64,000 nt of DNA from the NCBI GenBank assembly GCA_048013815.1, contig CM106585.1, forward strand, positions 4,588,001 through 4,652,000, in the 5' to 3' direction. The translations under genes and the position numbers were made by a program. The notes below the pieces were generated by a model. The model made no database searches. It had not been told where the DNA came from and saw only the letters and a program-made list of their open reading frames with translations. Positions 26,054 to 36,100 of this stretch are shown piece by piece (position 1 is the stretch's first letter; each line of letters begins with the position of its first letter). Origin of the DNA: Setoptus koraiensis (taxonomy: Eukaryota > Animalia > Arthropoda).

Positions 26054-28042
26054 CTCGTCATCAACAGGTTCAAGACGGTGGCCTACTTCGGCCTGATGCA
26101 CATCATCGGCACCTCTATCACCTTCTGGTTTCGGACCATTCTCGAGGAGGCATTCGAGGATTTCGTGCACAAAATGGACTATTTCAAGCAGACGGCGCCC
26201 GCTGCCCAGCACACCGTGCTGGGCAGCTTGTCGTTGGCGTCGCCGGCCGGCACAATGAACCGGCCCGCTGGCGCAGATTTTGGCCACAACAAGACGGGCT
26301 TGATGGGCGCTTCCGGCGGGCCCGTGCTCGTTTCGTTGCTCGACATGGCCAGCAATTTGTTGTCGCGCACCAACGACACCTTCCTCGGGCGCTCATCCGC
26401 AATGCCCGCCGACGCAAACGCAGACCGGGCTCAAATGGCCGGTGGTCAAGTGGGTCAAGTGGGCCAATTGGGCCAATTGGGTGGCCAAAGCGCCGGCAAG
26501 TCCAATTTGTTTCTCGACACAACCCCATCGTCGCTGTTTGGCCTGGCCTCAGAAAACAATTATCTGGCCAGTCTGTTGAGCAACTTTTACGCTGACCACA
26601 TGGCGGCCGCCACTTCGGCAATCGCCACATCAAATTTATATCCCGACTCGTCTATAGACCAGGACACACTGTTGAGCGGTCATCATCTGTTGGACAGTAG
26701 ACCGTTGAATGTGGCCACTGTCGTGGGTGACGGTCACCACCATCTCAGACTGAATTCGGCCGACGCCATGGCGCACACCAACGACGAACAGGGCGTTATA
26801 AGCGAATCAATTGCGCAATCACTAATGACTCTAATGTCGTCGCCCGTTTCCGCCACAATATCGCCCCAATTGGCCAGCCATTTGCCCGGCTCGTATGCAT
26901 GCGCTCAAAACACCCTGCTAACTACCAAATCAATGAATGCGTTGCCCTATTTATATCCGTTCACCATAGAATACAATCTCCTATTGGCTGCCACATTCCT
27001 TGGCCTCTATTTCAATATTGGCCGGCTCTCATCAAGTGGCTGCAGTAATCATCCGTTTAGGCGCGAATTGGTGCACAATTACGAGAACGGCAAGGAGGAA
27101 TTAGAATACAAGAGCAATTTTGTCGTTAATGCCGATTGTCACGCTGCCAACAAGGGTCTGTTTTGCGGATTTTTCGTGTTGCTGGTCACTCTCGTGTCCA
27201 TAGTGATATTTTTTGTCACCATCAACAAACCGCAGCACGTTCAATTGGGCATAAAAATAAATCTCATACAAGAGACAACGCTGACAGTGCTGATATTACT
27301 GGTCACTTTGGCCGGCTTTCGGCAAGTGGTCAAGCTAAACAGAAATGCCTGCCTGAAAGACAAGGTGACCACAGACGATGTGCTTATGCTTGTGCCATTG
27401 CCCTTCTTTTTCATACACTCTCTACTGTCATTCAGAGCGGAAATGGCCTCAATTAGCGCCAGCAAAAGTCCGCTTAGCAATCCCACCAGCAACACTACAC
27501 TGTCGCACAATCTCACTTCATCCGCCAGCGCTGCTCTGCATCAGCCCGCAATTATCCGGCTAAACAACAGCAACACAAACCACAATATGACCTCAACATT
27601 GGCCAATCATTTGCTGAAAATGTCCAATCACAGCAGTCAGTTTGCAACAAACGCGACACAACAACAGCAACCGTTTGATTATTTCAAGCTGATCACTATA
27701 TCGTTGCATGTTCTAGTTATGATTGAGGTATTAGTTCAGACTAATTTTATTATAGACGGCATGCGTAGGTGCTCGCAATCGCGCTATCTCAGATTCAAGA
27801 AGCCAGGCAGAGAATTAATAACGTTCGCCATACTACTAAATATAACTTATTGGATAGTGGCAACATTTGAATCGAAATCAGTGGAACAATATCAAACAGA
27901 GATTGACTTTTACGGGCCTCTGCCGTGGATGTTTGTGTCGCACACAACGCTGCCAGTCATGCTATTCTACAGGTATCACAGCTCCGTTTGTCTGGCAGAA
28001 ATCTGGGGCCGGGCATACAAGCCGGCCAAGAAGGTCGGCTAA
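26054..28042 (+). CDS. Otop: Otopetrin-family proton channel, coding exon 3 of 3 (TM5-TM12)
   Basis: Acceptor cacaccAG|ctc gives LVINRFKTVAYFGLMHIIGT. Contains YPFTIEY, DCHAANKGLFCG, KKPGRELITF and the C-terminal FYRYHSSVCLAEIW, all otopetrin signature motifs. Stop TAA at 28040-28042. Confidence 0.95.
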   Translation, partial: LVINRFKTVAYFGLMHIIGTSITFWFRTILEEAFEDFVHKMDYFKQTAPAAQHTVLGSLSLASPAGTMNRPAGADFGHNKTGLMGASGGPVLVSLLDMASNLLSRTNDTFLGRSSAMPADANADRAQMAGGQVGQVGQLGQLGGQSAGKSNLFLDTTPSSLFGLASENNYLASLLSNFYADHMAAATSAIATSNLYPDSSIDQDTLLSGHHLLDSRPLNVATVVGDGHHHLRLNSADAMAHTNDEQGVISESIAQSLMTLMSSPVSATISPQLASHLPGSYACAQNTLLTTKSMNALPYLYPFTIEYNLLLAATFLGLYFNIGRLSSSGCSNHPFRRELVHNYENGKEELEYKSNFVVNADCHAANKGLFCGFFVLLVTLVSIVIFFVTINKPQHVQLGIKINLIQETTLTVLILLVTLAGFRQVVKLNRNACLKDKVTTDDVLMLVPLPFFFIHSLLSFRAEMASISASKSPLSNPTSNTTLSHNLTSSASAALHQPAIIRLNNSNTNHNMTSTLANHLLKMSNHSSQFATNATQQQQPFDYFKLITISLHVLVMIEVLVQTNFIIDGMRRCSQSRYLRFKKPGRELITFAILLNITYWIVATFESKSVEQYQTEIDFYGPLPWMFVSHTTLPVMLFYRYHSSVCLAEIWGRAYKPAKKVG

Positions 28043-28530
28043 CCTGTGAGCGTAATTGAAGTGTGTCAGATTAACTTATCCTCTTACCTTTCGCATTTCT
28101 GTGTGTCGCTTTCTTGTGCTGTAGTGGCCATGACGTGGCCAAACATCACGAAAACGAAAACAAATACCGAAATAAATTCTAGAAATTTACAACATTTGCA
28201 CAACCATCACCTTTAAATCTAAGTCAATTCTGAGCAGTACCGGTAGCCTTGGCGCCTTGCCGCCAGACATGTCAATATTGTACGATAATGTAAAAAATAA
28301 TTCAAAATAAAATCTAAATATTGTGCGAATAATATAATAAAATAATAAAACAGTTTCGGCTCTAACAGCGAACTAACGCCGTGCGGACCCAACAAAGTGT
28401 ATTTCTGGTTAGCTGTATTGTCTGGTTAGCTGTATTGGTTGCCCGGTACCGAGTGTGGCGGCCTCTGGCTGTTATAATAAGAGCCGGGCTTTTATTCCAG
28501 AAGACGGGGCCTAAAGAGGCCCTTATTGCG

Positions 28531-28584
28531 AATAAAAGTCCGAATAAAAGTCCGAATAAAAGTCCGAATAAAAGTCCGAATAAA
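28531..28584 (+). repeat. Tandem 12-mer (AATAAAAGTCCG) x ~4.5 carrying five AATAAA hexamers, merging into a 15-bp inverted repeat (28578-28592/28606-28620)
   Basis: Read directly from sequence; lies ~490 nt downstream of the otopetrin stop. Confidence 0.9.
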
Positions 28585-29286
28585 AGCCACTTCAGATCGG
28601 GCCTAAAGTGGCTTTTATTCATCACAATAACAGCCATGGGTTTAGACCATTCAGGCCGCCACACTACCGGCGGTATCGTAATGGCTGAGTTAAGAATTTT
28701 CGATGATGAAACAAAGTTGAATCCGAGCTATACGGCGGACGGGGCATTTCGAGGCTGCGAGGCGATGCGAAGTTAATCTAGGGCATGCCTCACGATACAA
28801 GCCAAGTCCGTTGCATCCATTCATTCAATGTAATCGGATATGGTCTGGATTTTTCAGAGGCTCCACTTAACTTGATCACATATATTCGGCGGCGACCTCG
28901 CACTGGCATGTATCTCGACGGGAAGGGGCATGCATTTCTATTTAGTGAGGTCATTTAGTGAGCCCTTTGCTATTGTTCGAATTGTTTATATCGTATGCTT
29001 TCGAACAGCGCTGTCAATCATTTATTCTGGCCCATTGTCATCGTCAAAAGCAACAGAAAATGCAGCAGATCCGAAATATAATGCCGCTGAAACATTTTGT
29101 TCATTTGTCGCCATATTCCGGCATATAATAGATGACAACAAAACGGCGTCTCTTATCTCTGGCCGTTACAGGGTGGCGGCTTGTGTAGGCCCAACTGGTC
29201 GCTCACCCTTGCAATGGATAAGTTACATATACGTATTACGGATTGGATGCTGCGGATTATGATGTTGAATTAATTTTTGCCACAAA

Positions 29287-30160
29287 ATGTCGGCCCAAAA
29301 GACAAAAAAGCAACACAAGACTGCCACAGCAACTATTTTTCTCAAGTTCGCCTTAGCCTACTATTTATTCGTGGTGGATCTCATCTTCTTAGAGGCTGCC
29401 GTTTGGACCAGATATCAAGCCAAAAGGTACTTGACTAACAAGACGTTAATAGTTTCCGTCATAGTGAGAGAGCCGTTTGTAATATTCAACAAAAATGGAC
29501 CGGGCCGCATCAAGAGCAGCACACCGATGATGCAAGCACAACAAAGTGACAAAAATACAACAATCATAGACGAGTATCAAGTGGACCTGTCAGATCCCCA
29601 AAACTATTCTGGCGTTGCCGTAGAAGTTCTCGAACGTTTGTCGCATATGTTCCGCTTCAAGTATCGCTTTTTGCACCGAAAAGACGACCTGTTCGGTTCA
29701 AAAAGCCCCGATGGATCTTGGAATGGCCTGATTGGTGACGTGTATCACAATATATCCGATATTGGCCTCACTGCTCTGTCTATCACAATGGAACGTATGC
29801 TGGCAGTTGATTTTAGTCGAGCCTACTTCGTTGAAACCACTGCAATATTGATACCTAAACCCGAAGAAGAAAAGAATTATTTTGCCATATTTCAGCCATT
29901 CTCAATGAATGTTTGGCTGGTATTGCTGGTCACAATATTGAGCCTGATCATGCTGATACCATTGATGTTGTGGTTGTCCCCAGACGGTCACAACGCGACA
30001 ATTGTCCGTGGTAGGTGTGGTGAATTGGATTATGCGCACCAAAATGGCCAGTCAAACCGACACAGACTACGAGAAACTACCAGAAATCCAGCAAAACATT
30101 ATTGGGTGCAACAATTTTACTATTCAGTCTCTAGTGTCATCAACATACTCCTGATTCGAG
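29287..30160 (+). CDS. Divergent ionotropic receptor (IR / iGluR superfamily), exon 1 of 3 (S1 lobe, M1, M2)
   Basis: EPFVIF, YSGVAVEVL, GSWNGLIGDV, DIGLTALSITMERMLAVDFSRAYF and FQPFSMNVWL are S1/M1 motifs of the family. No amino-terminal domain is present. Donor cgaG|GTAGGT (phase 1). Joined CDS 29287-30160, 30270-30622, 30733-31155 = 1650 nt = 549 aa. Confidence 0.9.
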
Positions 30161-30269
30161 GTAGGTACGCAATGGATTATCTTTATCCAATAAGAAAAAT
30201 TGTGACGTTTCATTCATGTGTCTTTGTAAAATTTTCATTGTAATGCCATTGCACCGCCACACGATCTAG

Positions 30270-30622
30270 ATATTGAGGACCCGCCAAGACAAACTCCAAT
30301 TAGAATATTATTGTGCGTTTGGTGGCTGAGCACAACAGTCATAGTGAACATCTACTTTGGTATACTGTTCGGGCAACTGGTAGTGCCGCGGCTGCCCCAT
30401 TCGATAGATACGCTCGAGGAACTGGCCAACCAGGACAAAATTAAGTGGAGCGTCACCAGAGGTTCCGCTACTTACGATCTATTTTTAAAATCGGCCCCCG
30501 ATTCAGTGTATGCGAAAATTGGCAGAAAAATGGAGAATGCCACCAGTGCCGAATATGGCATAAATAGAACGCTGAACTCAGGATGGGCTTTCATACGCGA
30601 GAAATCAATTCTTACATTCAAG
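30270..30622 (+). CDS. Divergent ionotropic receptor, exon 2 of 3 (M3, start of S2)
   Basis: Acceptor gatctAG|at gives RDIEDPPRQTPIRILLCVWW; then PRLPHSIDTLEELA, RGSATYDLF and AFIREKS. Donor aag|GTGAGT (phase 0). Preceding intron is 109 bp. Confidence 0.88.
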
Positions 30623-30732
30623 GTGAGTCGATACAGGTCGCCTACAGTCACGTCATGTTAGGGCTAATTTCTAACTGACCAATTTCAAACTGGCCATCCA
30701 ACGAAAATCTATTATTGATATTGCTTGAACAG

Positions 30733-31155
30733 ATTTCGGAATATCATACACGGATGAAACACTGCAGAATGAAACTGGCCAAAGAGGAGTTCTTTTCGGT
30801 GGGCTTCGGCTTGGCCTTTAGGAAGGGCGCACCCTATACAAGTGCTTTCGATTCCGCTATTGGCATGATGATCGAGAACGGATTTGTGGCAAAATGGCAA
30901 GCCCAATACTGGCCCACAAAAAACGTCTACACTCAGTGCGACGATGGACCCGCCGAGGGTGAGCCTCTGTCTATGAAGCACTTTCTGAGTATTTATCTAG
31001 TGTGCTCGCTCATAATATTGACTTCCGCTGGAGTGCTATTGTATCAATCGACCCACAAGCACATAATTGTTGGCCAAATGAAACCGCTCATAATCAGAAT
31101 AGTTCAATGGATACGAAATAGTAGAAAAAACACAACAGTCATAATTGAGGCCTGA
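30733..31155 (+). CDS. Divergent ionotropic receptor, exon 3 of 3 (end of S2, M4)
   Basis: Acceptor ttgcttgaacAG|att; GFGLAFRKGAPY...ENGFVAKWQAQYW; M4 LSMKHFLSIYLVCSLIILTSAGVLLY; stop TGA at 31153-31155. Preceding intron is 110 bp. Confidence 0.88.
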   Translation: MSEYHTRMKHCRMKLAKEEFFSVGFGLAFRKGAPYTSAFDSAIGMMIENGFVAKWQAQYWPTKNVYTQCDDGPAEGEPLSMKHFLSIYLVCSLIILTSAGVLLYQSTHKHIIVGQMKPLIIRIVQWIRNSRKNTTVIIEA

Positions 31156-31900
31156 TTTTGCATTGTCACAAACTCGCCGAAAATCGAAGCAAAAAAAAAA
31201 TCTGCAATGGTGGAACTCCAGCACTTTTTAGCGCTTCATTAGTGGCCAATAATTTGCACGTCATTTCAGATCAATGATTACATCAGAAAGAGCAATTTTT
31301 AGATGATCGCGGAAAAAACAAATGACGCTTACAGTGATTCAAGCCTGCCCGTTGCGAAGGAAAAGTCGTACGAAATATCTAGCCGCTGGGCTCCCAACGA
31401 AAATCGTAAAACAGCTAAGCAGAAATTGCTGCTTCAGACAAAACCTTTGCGTCACGAAGGATGTCATCATAGGCTTATTGTGATTATTTGTGTCGAGATT
31501 GCTTAATAAATTTTAGTCGCTCAATGCTGTCAGCTAATGAGCTAATTGTAGAGTAGAAAGAGTCAACCACGGTCTGTCGTAATCAGTTGGTAATTACCGA
31601 GAGAGAGAGCGCCTTCCTTTCGTTTGTGTTAATACATCCGTTGTGATTTTTTTATATCATGCCCGTGTTTTATTGCTGCCATAACTGCTTATATAAGCTG
31701 GCCATTTTTGTTTGTTTGCCCATAAAAATATTTCTGCGTTTAAAATTTCATTGTCACATAGCGATTGAACTTGAACAATTTTCGCTTTTTTGTTCGTTGT
31801 TTCAACTAGTTTTCAGTCCCGAAATTATTGCCGCTCTCAATCAGCGTACTGCCGCTAATTTTTAATTGGATCATCGAAATATTGCTAGCACAGAAATAAA

Positions 31901-32218
31901 ATGAAGTTAAAATGCAGCTCCACACAATTGTTGGTGGCCTCAATTATTCTGTTGGTGGTGACACGAGTGTCCTGTGATGATAACCAGGATCAAGGTAGCT
32001 CGGTTGCCGCAAACAATGCCGACAATCTGACCACAAACGGCACCACCGATGGCGCAAACAAAAATGGAACCGCAAGCAACGCCACTGACGGATCACAAAC
32101 AGATTCGGGGCAACCATCGTCCAGCGATCAATGCTTCATTAGGAAGGCCATGGATAGGATTACAAAATATTTCAAGAAGCTTTTTATGCCAGTCACAAGA
32201 ATAATACCGTCACAGTAA
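31901..32218 (+). CDS. Small secreted orphan protein (105 aa): signal peptide, acidic N/T/S-rich spacer, cationic amphipathic C-terminus
   Basis: ATG in an aaaATG context. Hydrophobic LLVASIILLVVTRVSC with a likely VSC|DD cleavage site; four N-X-T sequons; non-repetitive sequence with coding-like composition. Confidence 0.7.
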   Translation: MKLKCSSTQLLVASIILLVVTRVSCDDNQDQGSSVAANNADNLTTNGTTDGANKNGTASNATDGSQTDSGQPSSSDQCFIRKAMDRITKYFKKLFMPVTRIIPSQ

Positions 32219-32254
32219 TAATAACCTGATTATGTCATAATTGAGCAGTAATTG

Positions 32255-32734
32255 TCACTGTTTTGTATTTGATGTTGGCCTCTTTTTACAATTGCACCAC
32301 CAAATCATGAGGAGCGCAAAACGTCGCAATTGAGCGCAACGTTGTCCGTTAGTCGCATTTATAACCTTGGGCACTTTTTGCTTCTTCTTGAACAATCTCT
32401 TTGGTAATACGACCAGGCGGTTGACAAGCGATGCGAGTTTATATTTTTCATCACTTGGTGTGCTGTCGCGTTTGAAAGAGCTTGTATTGCAGGAACTTGA
32501 TTCCTCTATTTTGTTTATCGCCGCGGGCTCTTCTCCGTCGTCGGCACTAGTCAACTGGTGCTCCTCTGTCATGTCGTCGTCCTCACCAAAGACAGTCTCA
32601 TTTGGATCTGCTGATTTTCGCAACAATGTTCTCAACGACTTGTTTCTCTCGATTAATTCAAACTTTTTTTTCAAAGATTTAACCTCTTCTGACATGGCCT
32701 TCTCTTTTTGGTTGAATCTCCTCAGCAGAGAATC
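32255..32734 (-). CDS. Coiled-coil orphan protein, exon 2 of 2
   Basis: Minus-strand acceptor ttcaattAG|gat at 32735/32734 is in frame with ORF 32255-32695 and gives DSLLRRFNQKEKAMSEEVKSLKKKF. Joined CDS complement(32255-32734, 32843-33136) = 774 nt = 257 aa. Confidence 0.7.
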   Translation of the reverse strand, partial: DSLLRRFNQKEKAMSEEVKSLKKKFELIERNKSLRTLLRKSADPNETVFGEDDDMTEEHQLTSADDGEEPAAINKIEESSSCNTSSFKRDSTPSDEKYKLASLVNRLVVLPKRLFKKKQKVPKVINATNGQRCAQLRRFALLMIWWCNCKKRPTSNTKQ

Positions 32735-32842
32735 CTAATTGAAGCATGATCGGGATCAAGTAATTCGACATTTAGTTCATGCACGCTATCATTGATCCCA
32801 ACCGATTCTTTCTCGACCGAAATCTGGCAAAGCAATACTTAC

Positions 32843-33136
32843 ATGTCTCTCGTTCAACAATTTCAACTGTGATTCTAATTCCGCCTTTGTTTCCAAAAGA
32901 ATTCTCATGTCGCCCAAGTATTTTTCAATGCTGTCTTGTCGCGATCTCAATATGGCCTGGGTTTCGTTTAGTTTCAGCTCGTACTGATTCAAAGCAGAAT
33001 ATGTCTCATCGTGAATTTTCGATCTGTCTTCGTCTAGTCGGGACATATCTTTTTCTAGATGTCGCAAGCGTGGGCCCAAGCCCGATGGTTGATCGTTTGC
33101 GGACGCAGATCGTTTTTTCGCTGGTGTTGATGCCAT
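32843..33136 (-). CDS. Coiled-coil orphan protein, exon 1 of 2
   Basis: acacaATGg start, basic PAKKRS, and an E/K/L heptad-like region. Donor cat|GTAAGT (phase 0); the 108-bp intron matches the size of neighbouring introns. Confidence 0.72.
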
Positions 33137-36100
33137 TGTGTCGTTTACGACTAAACTGTGCGCTGTAACTTGTTATTATTAGTGACTTATTATTATTAAT
33201 AACTTATTACTATTAATAACTTATCCCCTTTCGATGTGACATTGATTGAGGCGCCAGGTTTTCACTGTGATGTTCTTCACAACCGCATAGTTTGATTTGA
33301 AACTCATGACTAACTATCTGTTTGTGTTCACGCCAGAGTTTGGATCCCAAGTTGCATTGCAACTATCCGGAAAAGAGTCCCCAGGTCCGTTTAAGAATTT
33401 GTTAGCAGCAGTAACGTGCTCAAAATAATTTGATAAAACTCATCAACTTATTGTGTGCTCAAATTTTACCGACAAACAGATAATAATCGATCTCTTTCAG
33501 TTTATTAAAAATTGATGAGATGCAGCCCAAGATTAGCACTTGATTTTTGCACCATTCCGGCGTTTTGTGCGTTTTATTACGTGACAACGTGCCACTGGTT
33601 AGCACTTTCGCGTTCATCCATCATCAGTGAAGTATAGTGGTCACTGGCCATTATATTAGCCACTGGTCAGGAATCATAGGCTAGCGAGTCGCATCTCCAC
33701 TTGAATGTTAAGTACTTGTCAAGCCAGGATAAAGTTGTCACAGATTACTAAACGGAGCTCACCAATTTATTTATGCATCAACATTACTAATGTTTCTTTC
33801 AATTCATTTATCTAGTAGCAAACCGTATGACAGATAGCTGTTAGTGGTCAATCAAATCGAGAATTTCGTTTGTCATGTGCATTCTTTTGCAAACAGAACA
33901 ACTGAAGATTTTTGCGCGGTAGATTATTTCGGGATAGAAATGTGACATAACTCCCTCGGGGTATTTTCTGTAAAACATCTCTTTTTTCGAGTGTATTGTA
34001 TTGGATTTTAGGCGAAAAGAATCAAGTGTCCACTGATTCGATATTTCAAATAACAGATGAATGGTACAGTCATGATCGTGGGAATTGGGCTCCCGAAAAA
34101 GAAAACTAGCGCCGAAAGTGGATATGCGTGGATATCTGTGGAAAAAACGAGCTGCTTCTCAACTGTTTCTCGACTATCTCTTAAGGAGGGCCCCCTTCAA
34201 TACCTTGAATCTGGGAGTCAGCAGTGTTGAGGCTGCTACCCTCGGGAAATGGATCTCCCAAAGTGGGTGATATTTTCGGATATGAGCACTCTTTTGCCCA
34301 GCACCGAGCAAACAGCTACTGATGCCACAGCTACAATCGATGGTGCTGTGAATATCGATATTTAGTCGAAAAACAGTCCGATTATTATAACGAACGACCG
34401 ATCTAAAAAAATTCCTTTTTTTCTCTCATCTGATTTGTTGCCACAGTTTTAGCATCTATTTTGTGAAACTGACATTACATCATAAATTGAGCTGCACGAA
34501 TAATCGAGCATCGATGCATATTGGGCTTCTCAAGTTTCGCTCAGCTATTGCTGTTGAATTAGGATGGAAATTCGTGAGGTACTCAAGCGAAATTGAGGCT
34601 GAGATCTGAAGACATTATGAAGAGCAGTTACCAAATTTGAAATCGATATTCTCTGATAGTGTGCAAAAAACAACGCCGCCAACTTGTTATATCTGGTCAG
34701 TCCATGTCAGTCACATGTGACCTAACCTCTTTCGCCTTATGCGCAATTCTTTAAACTACATTACATAATAATAATGATAATAAACATGAATTTGTAATCA
34801 TAATCCTCCACACATTATGCAGATTAATATCGTTAGTCTTATCGAAATAATAATACCTGTTGTAATCGCTATGTTAATCTATGGCATGTCCATAGATAAC
34901 GCACATGACACACACACACCTAAGCAGGTTATATTGCGTACATATATATAATGATCGCCACTTTTTAGCTTAAAATATCCACCAACAACAAATAGGTAAA
35001 TGTGAATGGGCTAATTCAACAACAAAATTGCTTATTCAACAGTTCTCGTTGAGCCATTGTCATCAATTAGCTAAAATTTTAATTTTAATAGATGGAAATA
35101 AAATAAAGAGAGAATGCAACGAAGAATTTAATGAGACGACGAGATTACATCTCATGCAAGATTATGATGGTGATTCATTGATATTTGTCAGTTAAGAGAG
35201 CGAGCGAGCGCCACTCTGATCCGGCCATTTGTTATAATTGCACCCATCTCACCCATTAGCCGGCGCGTTGCTATGACAGCAGCACAACTTTTATTTCATC
35301 TCAAATCACAGTGTCAGTGTCGGCTATTTATGTGCAATCAAATTTCGCTAAACTATCCACTAAATATGCCAAATTTAGAAAAAGAACGAGCTGGCTCGCA
35401 TGATGAGAGCCGATTCTTTCATAAGACTCTTATGTAATGGTCAGTGTTGACAGACCGAGCGCTCGAAGCAACCAATGATGCGGCGGCGGCGGCGGCATTT
35501 TGTGAACTCGGATAAATTGATTGCGAGATGGGATTATTGAATACTTTGCTTGAATGCTAATTTATGTGTGTGTGTGTGTGTGTTGTTGGCGGCGTTCGTT
35601 GGCAGCAACCAACGAAACAACGACGACGCAAAGAAGAAAGAGAGCAGCGAAAATCAAGAGAATTCCTCACCTGAATTTATCTCACCTGAGCGCAACACGG
35701 CGAGCGGATTTCTGTGGTCACCCGTGGTCAGCTCGTGTCCGCTGCCATAAATAAATGAATAACTGAATGAACGGCGCTCTCGTCGGCCGCTTATCGTGGC
35801 AATCAATTTTCGATTATCAACGCCAGATTATTATCGTTATTATTATTGTTTCAATATTAGAAAATTGTGCTGCTCCATTCCGCGACAACTTTTCAGTTCA
35901 ACCGCCGGCCCGCGCTATTTTATTGAAGCTCAACGCTGTTAACACTGTTTGATCCGATTCGATCAACGGCCGTCTCATTGCGCGTTCTTTCGAGACATTA
36001 TGAAAAAATGTGATAAAATTAGAAAAAAACTCACTTGCTGGCTTATTAATTAATTTGCGGCCGGCGGGCCTACAACTTATTTCAATAGCATTATATCATG

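Noticed and set aside
28043-28228. Open frame of ~60 codons after the otopetrin TAA (stop-codon readthrough)
   Set aside because: TAA is the least leaky stop, and the region is better explained as an intron (pyrimidine tract plus acceptor).
31303-31506. 67-aa ORF after a TTTTTAG acceptor, as an extra IR exon
   Set aside because: No convincing phase-0 donor near the end of IR exon 3; left unresolved.
33200-34700. Coding-like non-repetitive sequence including a PH-domain-like MRGYLWKK (34085-34270)
   Set aside because: The frame closes after 61 aa with no further PH features; other frames are broken by stops. It may be a pseudogene, but I cannot support a call.
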